Assembly: GCA_002189035.1 (NCBI GenBank)
Contig: NEEC01000009.1
Location: forward strand, 3,162,001-3,226,000
DNA: 64,000 nucleotides
Direction of reading: 5' to 3'
Origin: Utricularia gibba
Lineage: Eukaryota > Plantae > Magnoliophyta
This document shows, in pieces, positions 36,474 to 48,321 of the stretch. The position numbers and the translations under genes are program-made. The stretch's first letter is position 1. Each line of letters begins with the position of its first letter. Below the pieces are notes generated by a model. The model saw only the letters and a program-made list of their open reading frames with translations. It did no database searches and was not told the origin of the DNA.

Positions 36474-37443
36474 CCAGTTTCCCGAGGTGGGAATTATCCA
36501 ACATTTTGATGTTATAAAATGCAAGCAAAAATGCTTTTCCGGTTTCATCCTATCCCTTACGACACAGGATTCAGCAAAGAGAAGAGGAATGACGGGAGGA
36601 GGGAGGGAGAGGGAAAATGTTTTCAATGAAACAAGGAACAGCTCTCTCCCCCTCCTTTAAAGGCAGAGAGGAACACCTTCTATTTCATGCACTAGAACTG
36701 CAGTACAGTGTAGTACAGGCTGCACTCTAAGTGTAGTACACAAATCATAATGCATCAACCCAGGCCCTTGATGAACCTTCTGATGGTAGGATCAAAGCCC
36801 AGCTCTACATCATGATAAACAGGATGGGATTGTGAAGGACAACATGGTTTTTTTTTACTTGTTCCAATGAAATTTCCCATCGGCACACTGGGGCCTCCTC
36901 AGTATTTCCATTATGGGTTTTCCATTTGCCGTTTCGAAGTGTTCATTGCGAAATTCAGAAATAATAATAATAAACAAATTCATTCGTGAAATTAGTATTT
37001 TATATTACAAAAATAAATCAACCGTTTATACGCACCTTCGCCGTCTATTCTCCGCGCTTCCTGCTCGGAAAACAAGAAACCTTCACCTTTAGCATCCGCT
37101 GGAGGGAGCCCGGGATCTCACCATCCCGCAGCAGCATCGAAACGCTGATTCTCGGTTCCACTCGAAGGCACCGGAGGCGATAAACCGCGGATCGCCGCGT
37201 CTGAATGAGGAAAATCGTAGTGAATTGCAAATTGAAACCGCCATTTGGGCGGGGGCATTATTTTGATTATTCCGTACAAGACGGCCCACTTAACTGTCGA
37301 AAGAAAAGCCCAGAGAGGTTCACCGCACAATCAAACAGAAAGGGTAATTAAGTCATTTTACTATGACGCCTGGATCTTCTCCCCAGCGTTAACCAGTGAG
37401 GTCGTTTGGATTGAAAATACTCCGATCCGAAAATTGAGGAGAC

Positions 37444-38215
37444 ATGGGAGGACACGGCGATGATATCACCTACAAGGGCATGACTTTGCATCGACCCAAG
37501 CGCTGGCATACAGTCACCGGAAAAGGGCTGTGCGCCGTCATGTGGTAATGAGTTTCATGCACCAGATGATTAATGTACACAGCCAAAAATATGGAACACC
37601 ACACACTGCGGTGCTTAATTGTACGGGATCTTTGATCGTGAGTGTAATTTGTAGTCTGGGTTCCTTGTTTATGTCAACGCAATTTTGAAAAGGGGTCTTC
37701 TTTCTGAATGGAAATTTTATTTTGGGATCAGTCGGTAATTAGGCCCAAATCAGGTTTTCCGGTTAACAGTTGGTGAATAGTATGAACGTGTTTTAACCCC
37801 TGAGTAGATGTCATTCGTTGCCTGGTTTCTTTTTCTGTATATGAATTTTTGCTTTGTGACTTGCAGGTGACTATAGGGCTCTCTTGTAGTTTGAATTAGG
37901 CAATCTTTAATTATATTAGTCTGGTCTGGTTGACGATTCTCTCAGAGATAGTAATGTATTTAGAGATGATTGTGTGGAGTTGGGAATCACAGTTGTAGGA
38001 CATGGTGAAATGGGTTTTTATGCTCTTTTTGTTTCTTAATTATCAGGTTTTGGATTCTCTATAGAGCCAAGCAAGATGGACCTGTGGTGTTGGTAAGTTA
38101 TGATGTATCTCATTAGTTTCTGGAGTGGAACAGTTTTCACGGTCTTTGTAACATCATGGCATTCTTCTTCTAGGGTTGGAGACATCCCTGGGAAGGCCAT
38201 GATGATCACCATTAG
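37444..38215 (+). CDS. NDUFB2: Mitochondrial complex I subunit NDUFB2 (AGGG; At1g76200-like), 3 exons
   Basis: MGGHGDDITYKGMTLHRPKRWHTVTGKGLCAVMW / FWILYRAKQDGPVVL / GWRHPWEGHDDHH*, with GT-AG junctions. Confidence 0.92.
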
Positions 38216-38749
38216 GTAAAGATGTGTTCTTTTTCTTCATTCTCTCGGAATCCGCAGGTTCTTCATCATAAAATTTCTCACTTTTTCTGCAGATCGTGAC
38301 ACCCTTGTTTGTTGTTACCCTCTGCAGACCATGTGCTGCCCAAAATCAGTATATTGGCTGTGCTTCAATGGAGGGAGAAACCCCTTGATGGATGTTTTCT
38401 ATCTGGACTTGTATTCTTCTGTCTGTGTAATAAAAATACTGGAGATAACCTTCTTCCATCCACACTTCCTACTGGTTTCTTGTGTAGCTGCTTTGTCTTC
38501 CACATCGGGGTTGATTACATGTTTGAGTCACGTGGGCATTCTCCGGCATATCTCGTTAAGCATTCCGTAGCATTGAAATCTAAACTTATACAACTGAACC
38601 AAGGTGATAGAGCAGACAAAAAAAAAATCATTGCCTACAGGGGAAAAATTGCTAGCAGCAAATTCTCGATCTTGATGACGAGCATATTCTGTTAAATCCC
38701 AAAATGTTGTCTTCGTGTAAAATTGCAAATCGCTGGAGTCCATCGATCA

Positions 38750-40352
38750 ATGATCTCCGTCTCCAATCATTTTCGTCCATTGCCCCGGCCCCAAATTTTC
38801 CGCGAGATATTCCCAATGAGCCCACATGGAGTTTCTCTTCTCCACCGCACGATTCGAGCAATGGGTGCCGCTGCCGGTTCAAAGACTCGTCTCCGAGGAG
38901 TTGTTTTCGACATGGACGGAACTTTGACGGTCCCCGTGATCGATTTCGCGGCAATGTACAGAGCAGTGCTTGGAGAAGAAGAGTATGTGAGAATAAAGTC
39001 TGAGAATCCAACGGGAATCGACATTTTGCATCACATTGAGAAATGGAGTAGCGATGAGCAGAAACGGGCATATGAAGTGATTGCTGATTTTGAGAAACAG
39101 GGTATGGATCGCCTTCAAATTATGCCAGGTTAGAGCATAAGTTATATTGCACAAGCTGCTTTTTCTTTCTAAAACATGAGTTTATGGATATTCTCGTGTT
39201 CTGTATGCTCTGGTTTCTCTGCGATCCATCGAACCTGAATGAGGAAATCTTGAGCGGACCATGTGAAATAGTCGTTCAGATATACATTTGTGTGATTCTT
39301 TGTGCTATAGAGAGCTTGTGTGAGCTCTTCAAGGGAAGGCTTCTCGTTTGCTGTTTCTCATTGATGTGCACGAATCTTTTTTAAAAGACGTGCACACGAC
39401 AGACCGAAGTACGAGGGGGTGGAACATTAACCGAGCTCCTCCTGTCAACGCATTCATGAGCTCTCAGGGCAAGGATTGTCGTTGGATGTTTCTTACACAC
39501 ATTAGTGGTTCCTTGCCTGTTGGTGTTAGTTTTTTATCATATGGAGAGGCTCTGGTATCTGTGTTTGACCTGCGAAGTTGCTTGGAGCTCGGCTAATGTG
39601 CCACACCTCGAACTAGCTCGCTCATGTTTCAAGTTACTTGATTCAGAGGCTCCTCGTTTCCTTGCAGGAGCTCTAGAACTTTGTGAATTTCTTGACTCGA
39701 GAAGTATTAGGTAATGGCCACAGTCTGTCTTCGATCCATGCTTCCCTTCTTCATGTTTCTCTCTTAGTATGTTTCTGTACCCTGCTGAGGTTTTTTTTTT
39801 TTTTTTTTCAGAAGAGGGCTGATCACTAGAAACGTCACGGAAGCTGTGGATTTATTCCATAGCCGCTTTGGCGTAAGTTCAGTTGATTACCCTCACTAAT
39901 CCATTCACTGAGCCTGTAGTAAAATTCACACTCTTTTTCATGAATCAGGTGATGTTTTCTCCGGCATTGAGCCGGGAGTTTCGACCTTACAAGCCCAACC
40001 CAGCTCCCCTTCTCCATATCTGCTCTATCTGGGGGGTGCGGCCTGAGGAGGTGATGATGGTTGGCGACAGTCTCAAGGATGATGTAAGAACAAGAAACTT
40101 CTCTTGTTTGTTGTGTGGAAGGAACCTCCGTTTGAATTCAAAGCTACAGCCTTCTTGATGCTAATCACGCAGATCCCAATGCAGGTGTGCTGTGGGAGAA
40201 GAGCTGGAGCATTTACCTGCCTGCTTGATGAAACAGGAAGATATGATTCTCCAGAGTTCCAGAATGATGTGGAGCTGAAACCTGATTACAAAGTGGCATC
40301 TCTTCTCGAAATTCATTCTCTTCTGCATATGAATTTTGATCTCTCCCCTTAG
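38750..40352 (+). CDS. HAD-superfamily hydrolase (At2g33255-like), probably organelle-targeted, 5 exons
   Basis: Motif I VVFDMDGTLT, then RGLITRN, RPYKPNPAPLLHIC and MMVGDSLKDD. Exons are joined at canonical sites. Confidence 0.92.
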
Positions 40353-40868
40353 ACCCATAAACGAACCATGGCAGTTCTGTTTTCGATTCTTGTAATCATA
40401 CTGTGCATGTCTACAAAGGGTGTGATGCATAGCCATGGTTGATGTGGCACAGAAATAAGATGATTTTACTGCACAGTTACATGGGGAGGAGATGAACAAA
40501 ATAGCACAGATGTTACATACCCTGATGTTCAATCCAACATCAAGCACAAAGAAGCACCCCTGCTTGCTTACTCGCCAAATCCATAAAAAATGGAGCTGCT
40601 ACAAGACATACCGCTAGCTACAGGATGCTTACCAGTTTCGCAGCCAGGTTTGCTCTTGTAGGAATGAAGGCTAAGCCCTCGAGCAAGAACTGCCTCCGGT
40701 CACGATCGCTACAACCTGAAAGCATAGCATCTGCTTGTTCAGGGCTTAGTCCGTACAAGTAAACAACACCCCGAGTAGTATGATATATGTTGGGATGTAC
40801 ATTGCTGTATAATGTAGATCCAAAAGGCCTTTTTTGATGACTACAAAACTACCAGTCAGGAAAGTGAT

Positions 40869-42791
40869 CTAGTTGCAGATTGCAAGTTTTCCCGTCGCCT
40901 CATCAGGAATCCCATAATCCACACTAAGTTCCCTCATGGGAGGAATATTTTCCATGGCAAACAGCATCAAACGAGGGAAGCATACATTGTTGTGATCGTA
41001 CAAAACAAGCTGCACCATCAGGTTTGGGCTTGTGCTATGGCTTATATAGCAAGCAACGTTCCTCATTCTTGACACATCCAGTGCATAATCCAAGGGAGGA
41101 ACTGATGGATGGGTTGGGGAAACATAGTCGGAGAATATCTTTGATATCTCTCCCCATTCCTTCCATCTCTTCACAAATCGATCAGGATGAATCAGATGAT
41201 CGCCATTCATTGTCATAATCTGAGCTTGCTCAGTGGTAAGAGCAACACCAGAGTATTCACATAGAAAAGAGCCCGCAGGAAGCAAATCCAATGATCTCAC
41301 TCCCCAACCAGTTTCCCTGGATCGAAACACTTCGAGACGGTATCTGACTCCCTTCTGTGTCACACGGTTTCTACAAGTTGGAGGGCAGTGGCAATGAGGT
41401 CCACATTCAAAAATCAATGGTTTCCCTCTCAAGAGAGTTCCATTCATATCATATACAAAACCACCACCATTTTTCATAAGACAAAAGCAGCCATCTCCGC
41501 ATACTCCAGAGCATTCACACCCTGTGCTACTTCCATTGCTATATACAAAGGGAGGGAAAACAGCTGAACTAAGATATTCATGATGGAGTGGATCATGATT
41601 ACCATCAACATCATTGTAGAACAAAATGGGCAAATTCTCCTTGTTCTTGGACAAGTCAAGAGAAACATAACCTGTGGGTCGGCCTTCAAGTGGGTGATCC
41701 CTTAGCCTTTCAGAAAACTTGAGGATAGTACTTCCCATCTCCCCCTGATTTTCAATCCTTACAAGTTTGAACTTGAAAACACCAAAACCAGATTTACCAA
41801 CATCGAACCACGTGTCAACTATCCTATATAAACCATCATAAACATAGACTTTACCCAGACCTCTTTTAAATCCTCGAATCACTCTTACCTCTATGCCATA
41901 GTTCATACTCCTCTCCAATGCCAAATTTCCGGACTCCAACTTCTGATGCACAACTTGTCTGCCATGTTTATCTTGCCCACCATGCCCAGTGTATAGTATC
42001 ACATCTCCTCCATCTTCATCATCTTCGTAACCTCCTGAGACAATAATGCTGGTAGCAATTGGTTCACCAGTCGAGCTCAGGTTAGCTGGGACATAATCAA
42101 TGCCTGCCTGGGGCTGCCCATGTAGCCCAACCACACAGAGCTCCATTCTATAAAAGAAAATATCACCAATGTGAATTCCAGGAATATCTCCCACGATCCT
42201 CTTCTCCCTGTTCAACCATAACCCGCTATGTCTCATCAAAGCTGCAGCCTTCAAGTCGCCCCTCGCTCTGCGATTTTTAAACATGTTGGAATTCTTAAGC
42301 TTTTCCTCCTCCGACGCGGTAAATACTCGCAGAGAGTCATGCAGCAAACGTGTCTTCCGAATTAATTCGCGAAAGTATCGCTGGTCCTCTGGTTTTAGGT
42401 CTGTGACTCTAACAAGCTCAGAAGAGCGCCCTTGAAACTTGACGCTACTCGAAAGCGTAATGCCGGTTTCCTCCAAGCTCGAAAACGGGACTATTGCTCG
42501 TGAATTTGGTTCAGATTCCGAGAAGGTGGCAGCATGTCCGTTTTTCGGAAGACGGTCAGTGAAGGCGGTGTGGAACATCTCTGAAATGCGGTAAAATTCA
42601 GAGCATAAATCGGCGTCCGCGAAGGAATCGCCAAGGGTGGAAGAAGGGTTAATGGGTTCATCAGATATGACGTCAGGCGGCCGCGTGAGCGCCTGAGAAT
42701 GCTCATCCACCGGCTCAAGTTTTGGCTGTTTGAACAACGGCGGCGGCTGAGGTAACCGATGCTCTTGTACTCCGACAAAACTCGAGCCCAT
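40869..42791 (-). CDS. SUVH9: SUVH2/SUVH9-type SRA-SET protein (Pol V recruitment in RdDM), intronless, 640 aa
   Basis: SRA/YDG (IVGDIPG..GLHGQPQAGIDY..SGGYEDDED), pre-SET Cys cluster, SET (TGWGVRS, RNVACYISHS, ELSVDY). No post-SET Cys cluster, ends LAICN. Confidence 0.93.
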   Translation of the reverse strand: MGSSFVGVQEHRLPQPPPLFKQPKLEPVDEHSQALTRPPDVISDEPINPSSTLGDSFADADLCSEFYRISEMFHTAFTDRLPKNGHAATFSESEPNSRAIVPFSSLEETGITLSSSVKFQGRSSELVRVTDLKPEDQRYFRELIRKTRLLHDSLRVFTASEEEKLKNSNMFKNRRARGDLKAAALMRHSGLWLNREKRIVGDIPGIHIGDIFFYRMELCVVGLHGQPQAGIDYVPANLSSTGEPIATSIIVSGGYEDDEDGGDVILYTGHGGQDKHGRQVVHQKLESGNLALERSMNYGIEVRVIRGFKRGLGKVYVYDGLYRIVDTWFDVGKSGFGVFKFKLVRIENQGEMGSTILKFSERLRDHPLEGRPTGYVSLDLSKNKENLPILFYNDVDGNHDPLHHEYLSSAVFPPFVYSNGSSTGCECSGVCGDGCFCLMKNGGGFVYDMNGTLLRGKPLIFECGPHCHCPPTCRNRVTQKGVRYRLEVFRSRETGWGVRSLDLLPAGSFLCEYSGVALTTEQAQIMTMNGDHLIHPDRFVKRWKEWGEISKIFSDYVSPTHPSVPPLDYALDVSRMRNVACYISHSTSPNLMVQLVLYDHNNVCFPRLMLFAMENIPPMRELSVDYGIPDEATGKLAICN

Positions 42792-43009
42792 TTTTCCAAA
42801 TACCTCGCGGCAACCGAAAGCGGAACAACAGCTGCGATTTAAAGCAGAAATTAACTACCCGCCACTAAACCGAACCGAAATTTGAGCGCGAGGAGGCAAG
42901 AGTGGGAGAGAGGGGCAATCCGGAAGTATAATTGCAAACATGCCCCCTAGGAATATTTGCCCCATCACGATGCTTCTGGTTTCTCAGTGCTGAAGTCGCA
43001 CAATGCGCC

Positions 43010-43580
43010 ATGGCCGCGGAGCTTCTCAAGTTATCAATGCGTTATACATTCTTCTGGGCGCTATCTTTTATCCTCTTCACACAAAGTGCAACCGGAACTG
43101 GGGACCTGTCTTCGACACCATCGGCGGCTCCATCCATAACGCACCTTCTATCCGTAACCACTCGCGATTCCGCTCGAATTTTTAGTCGGCTTCTTCACTC
43201 CATCTACCATCCCAAAAATCGATACTTGATCCATTTGGATCATTCTGCTTCCCAGAAACAGAGGGAGTATACTGGCGATCACTGTCCAATCGGTTTCGCT
43301 TGTTCATCTTGCAGAGGGAAGCTACATGTTATTTTCCACTGAAAACAACCACTCCCATATGCTTTTCGGTTGTCCATGGGTCTGCTTCTAATGACATCCC
43401 CTTTTGCCAGTCCAGTTTAGTTAAAGTGACGAACTCCCAGAACCTCCTCTCATAGGTTCACCAATGGGGAACCTGAGTCAGAAGTTCATCCAATATTGTA
43501 TCATGGGCACCGAAAACTTTCCAAGAACCCTACTTATATATCTCTCCGGCACAGATTCCGCATCATCTGTCATTGAAAAT
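43010..43580 (+). pseudogene. GT14 (core-2/I-branching, GlcAT14-like) glycosyltransferase pseudogene fragment
   Basis: Recognisable pieces RLLHSIYHPKNRYLIHLDHSAS, LAITVQSV and (after an intron) GSP..KFIQYCIMGTENFPRTLLIY lie in different frames. A large internal deletion and no C-terminal half. Confidence 0.8.
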
Positions 43581-43841
43581 CCTCATCGAAGTCAGTAAAA
43601 CATGAACCAACTCCCGGATGAGTTTTTGAAAAGAAGACCACAGAGTAAGTTCGGCAATCTCGACTTGCCCTTAGGAGTAGAGATGCTCCTAGTATTCTTA
43701 TTTAAAGGAGCAGGAAATAATATTCACAAGGTCTCCTGCAAGGAGTTCAAGAAAGTAAGCCAAGCAAACAAACCAAGCAGTGAGTTTCACACTCTAAAAA
43801 CATCCACGATGCATCGACAAATTAACAGGGGAACCACAGCT

Positions 43842-45133
43842 TCAGAAAGCCCGCTTCAGAACAATCAGTGACACAACAACGACAGCCAGACCAAATATCT
43901 TCATTGCTTCGTCATAGATAGGTGAACTCCCATGAGCATCCGGATCGCTCGCTTTCCCCCCAAACAAGTTCTTGAAATAGTCGGAAAATGCATTCATCAT
44001 GCCAACCACGGCATTTTTTATCTTTTGAAAGAAGTCTTCATTGCTGGTGTTTGTATGCTCGTCAGCCTCTGGTGGATAATTCTCAGAAGCAGTTTCTGAT
44101 TGATTCGGTAAGGCATCATCAGAAACTGAATCTGCTTCTAGATTCACACCAGGGGTGGAGAGACCTTCAATACAAATGACATTGGTCAATTCGAGATCTT
44201 ACCGTGAGGTAAGACTAAAAGATTCAGTTTTGAATGGGTCCTTACTAGCTCCCTGCGACGCCAGATAACCCTGAAACTCCTGATTTTGTAACACCGCGTT
44301 CCAAACATTTGGGTCACAGGCAACTGAAGCAACAACATTCTACCAAAAGCCGTTGAGAGAGATACCATCATCGCATGAAATGAAGAAAGATTGATATAAC
44401 TAATCAATATTGTGGAGGGTTGTCGGGCAATGCTCCATTGAACAACTAAACGGAACACACCGACACTCTTAAGGTGAGAGAAGCTAGCAACTTTGACGCT
44501 TACAGTGAATAAAATGCTGCATAGTTCAGTGGAAAAAAAAAGATAAGCAGAGGGCAAATACCTTTGCCGCGGGGTTTTCACTTAGAAACCTGAATGCCAT
44601 AACAGCAGGAGCGGGTAACGCAGTCAACGGATCCAGATGCTGCGTGTTGGAAAGGGAGAGACGAGCAAAATCCCTATCAATCACTGATTCACCTTCACAG
44701 ACAAATGAATCATGGGCCCTGAAATATTGATTGAATTTTTATAAATTGTATCTTGACTATACAAAATTTAGAGTCCCTTAATTCGAAAGAAACCATGAGA
44801 TCGGTCACACCTCTCCCACGCAGCAGAAAGTTCAGAAGTGGCCTCCTCTGCTTCTTGGCGAGTCGGGACACCACCGAACACAACTCTGGGAATCAGATCC
44901 CCCGAAGCCTCTTCTTCCCCAGCAAAGACCCAATCTTCAAACTCGGAACCGGACCTAGAACCGATAGCCTCGGAATTCGAAGCCACAAGCTTCACATCCT
45001 CAGTCGCAGAAGCCACGGGACGAAGGGATACCGATCTCCTGACCACAGACGACAGCGGATGGTGATCCGCCGTGAATCCACGGATACTACCGCTCGCCAC
45101 CTTCGCCGCCGACCTCATCACTCCACCGCCCAT
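43842..45133 (-). CDS. Uncharacterised conserved plant protein (UCP012943-type), multi-exon
   Basis: MGGGVMRSAAKVA..FEDWVFAG..PRVVFGGVPTRQEAEEATSEL / ..AVMAFRFLSENPAAK / NVVASVACDPNVWNAVLQN / ..C-terminal TM IFGLAVVVVSLIVLKR. Confidence 0.85.
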
Positions 45134-45537
45134 GATCGGGAAGCCAAGGGCCGTGGATCAAGAAATGGATGTGAATCGTAATGACCAAGGAAATGAATAA
45201 ATATCCATCAGCACGGGGGAATAGGGATGCATAGCAACGGTCAATAAATACATTTTCCAACACTAAAAAAAATTTCGAAAATTAAGAAAATTTTGGAAGG
45301 ACATAATTTCTCAAAATTAATTTATAAAAGGGATTTTAATAAAAGAAAAATTACTAATTAACAATTTTAAATTTTTTTTTTTTTTTTTAAATAAAAAGCC
45401 ATAGGTATCACTCGCTCCCTCCGTCTGCGTGATCATGGTGATGTGTGTGCAGATTCAGACATGCACATGTTTCTGAACAACCATCCACTCTTGCTGATGT
45501 GCTTCTGAAAGAAGTGCTGCAAAGGCTCATATGCACG

Positions 45538-47339
45538 CTACGATCTTCTTCTCTTTAAGCCCCACCATCTCCAGCGCTGCTTCTCGCCTTCCTGTGGTCC
45601 CATTCGGCTTGCCTTTGCTCTGGCTTCGCTCAACCGTAATCCGAAGTCTTTCTTCCAGGCATCGAATTCATGTTTGAGTGTCTCAACTTCCTCCGGAGGC
45701 TTTAGAGCAGAGGGTGAATGATTCTGTTTGGCCTCAACAATGGCTTGAGGTTCATGATCGAGAGCTTGTTTTTGCTTCTCAAAGCCATTGGCAATGGATT
45801 TCGAAGCAGAAGCATTGTTTTCTCCAAACAGAATGTCCATGAATGTGACTGGCGAACGGGCTCTGTTCCTGTGTGTTCGTGGTTCATTTCCAGCATCCGC
45901 AGCATTCTTTTTTGCTGCATCCAAACTCATCTGCAGATGCGAAGGAAATGTCTAAGCTGAGTTACAACAGTTACAGGGGAAGGGAGAGAATTGTTTTACC
46001 TGTAGAAAATACATCTTCTTTTGCCACATCGCCTCCATGGCCTTCATCTTCGATTCAAGTTGATCAACTTGCTCCTTTAGAACTGCAACTTCCTTATCCT
46101 TTTCTTCAAGTGCTGCTTCTGCCATTATCACACGCTTTTGAAGTTCTTCGACAACCTCAGGTTGAGGAGGCACCACATCCTGCGCCTTTTACACACACAA
46201 AAGGAACCTATGATTCGCTGAACATTTCCTTTTGAGCCTTTTTACCTTAGAGACACCAACCTTGTAGGGTGGCGTTGTTAGGCTGTGTAGGCGAGTAAAA
46301 TGCTGCCGCCTTCTTGCCAAACATCCACGAATTACTGTACAGGTTCACTCAATGCAGGATAAGACCTCAGTGCCACAGTATTACTGCTTAATGAACCTTA
46401 CCTGACTGTATGAGAACCGCGGTTGCAACTAGCTGATGGTCCTGCTTATCATTATGTGACTTGTTACAATCGTCTGGCTTTCTCAAGCTTCGCCGGAACT
46501 CTTTCCGTGCCATTTCACCGCGCACATCTGCAGAGAAGCAGGGATTTCTTCAGACAAAGAAAGGGATGGAGACAAAAACTTAGCTTGCGTTCATCCTTAC
46601 AGGATTGCAATGCTGTCACCACTTCCTTCGCGTCATTAGAGTTGCAATGCTCGTCTAGGTTACCTTGAAAAGCAGTTTGTCGCACATCATTCTGTAAAGC
46701 ACCACCATGCTTGGGATCAAAGAACAAAAACTAGATGGGGAAACGGCCATTGCGAAGCAAGAAGTTACGGCAAGTCGTTTGAATACGAACTACACACAAA
46801 AATTGTGCTCCGAAAATAAAACACGCGAACACCGAATGTTGAATGTTCAGCTATCTATTTCCAGAACAAGCACCATCCAGTCTGTAATGTTCCACTATGT
46901 GCAACCCATTCCGTAAATGACGGCCAGGAAGACATGAAGAAGCAAAACGGGATCCGATGAAACAAGATTGACTTACCAAGAACTCGCTAGATCGGTTTTC
47001 AAGCCTGGAAATGCGGCCACCCATATCAGAAGCACTAGTGGATACGGGCTCCGGCGATTCCCCTGTCTCAATTTCCTTCGCCTGAAACCTAAAGATACTT
47101 TTTTCCAACCCATTGTTCAAATGCGAACTCACTTGACGCTCAGCAACGTCTAAATCTCCGGCCACCCGGCGCTTGGTCGAGGACGGAGGACGCGCCCGAG
47201 AATTAGGTCTGGGGCGAGCAGGAAGAGAGGGGGGTTTGCAACTTTCCGGGTTTTCGAACACCCCATCCGTCCGCTGGAGGGATACCAGCATTTCCTCCAA
47301 AGAGCTACGAAGAACAGGATCCGAGGAAATCGCAAGCAT
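45538..47339 (-). CDS. Headless class VIII myosin derivative (leader + 2 IQ + coiled coil + tail; no SH3-like or motor domain), 6 exons, about 421 aa
   Basis: Exons 47339-46977, 46709-46601, 46527-46402, 46334-46246, 46185-46000 and 45930-45538 join with GT-AG and matching phases, with no stop. Myosin VIII signatures: RSSLEEML..PPSLPARPRPNSRARPP, LQSYVRGEMARKEF, IQSVIRGCLARR, ELQKRVIMAEAAL..MKAMEAMWQKKM..LQMSL, FDAWKKDFGLRL..WWG. Confidence 0.85.
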
Positions 47340-48111
47340 AGTCCCCAGATTCACCAGAATAGGAAGCGGAAACCCCACATGAATGGGAGCAAATTAGAGA
47401 AACCAGGGACAGCGAAGTGGGAAGCATGCTCGCCACTTAAAAGCATAATCTTTGTCACGTCAACACAAGGAGGCAGTGGGGAGGGGACAACAACAAAACC
47501 CGAGTTTCAGAGCGAACGTCAGGAAATGAAAAAGAAAATCAGCCATGGCTGGCGCTTCCAGTCGGAACCGTTCCGGATTCTCCAACATAATAATAAATTA
47601 TTCTTCATATTTCTAATTTATGTGGGACCCGTTTAAAATGGCAAAACGCATGGGCGCAGGAGTAATTATCCCATGGTACGCGGCCCACGAACCTCACATG
47701 GTAACCCTAGAAATTCGTATCCTTTCTTCCCCCCACACCTCACAATAAAAATATTTTGCTTATTGAAATGAAATTTACTGTGTTGCGTTTTATGTGTGTA
47801 TATTTAAATAATTAAATACTTGTATGAGAATTTGATGCTTTGCTTAAGCTCGAGAATAAAATTTCTATGGCAAGTGCTGATGGGCCGGGAACATGCCAAA
47901 ATTCGTAATAAATTTGGAGTCAACAAAAGATATTTGCGAGGAGAAGGAAGCAGCAAGGTAAATAATAAGAAATTTTACTTTTACTGCGGGGTAATCATTC
48001 TGCCATGTGGGGGGATTGGGATGCATGTCAGACTTGTCCTGGTTAATGAATGGAACGATTCACGGTCGCCGCCGGCGTACCGGGGTGGGGTTCGCTGCCG
48101 CCGCCGTTCAA

Positions 48112-48321
48112 TCAGAGGCCGTACGATCTGAGAACTCTCCCGCAGATACCGCAAACCACGGCTTTCCATGACTTGTACCAGAAGGGGATGCCGCAGAACC
48201 TGGTAAGAGTCCGCATATCGGCGATCTTCGCCGAACCGCTGCACCGAGAACACGCCGCCGCCGCCGGCTTGCTCCGCCGCTCTACTCTTTTCTGATCCAC
48301 CAGAAAGCAGAAACACACCAT
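48112..48321 (-). CDS. Small plant zinc-ribbon protein, 69 aa
   Basis: MVCFCFLVDQKR..SKPAAAACSRCSGSAKIADMRTLTRFCGIPFWYKSWKAVVCGICGRVLRSY has two CxxC pairs and matches a conserved small plant family. Confidence 0.88.
   Translation of the reverse strand: MVCFCFLVDQKRVERRSKPAAAACSRCSGSAKIADMRTLTRFCGIPFWYKSWKAVVCGICGRVLRSYGL

Noticed and set aside
38704-39003. Alternative-frame ORF as the true HAD transit peptide
   Set aside because: An in-frame ATG at 38750 already gives a plausible targeting peptide with no frameshift needed.
40869-41000. SUVH protein lacks the post-SET cysteines
   Set aside because: This is the normal state of the SUVH2/SUVH9 clade, not a lesion.
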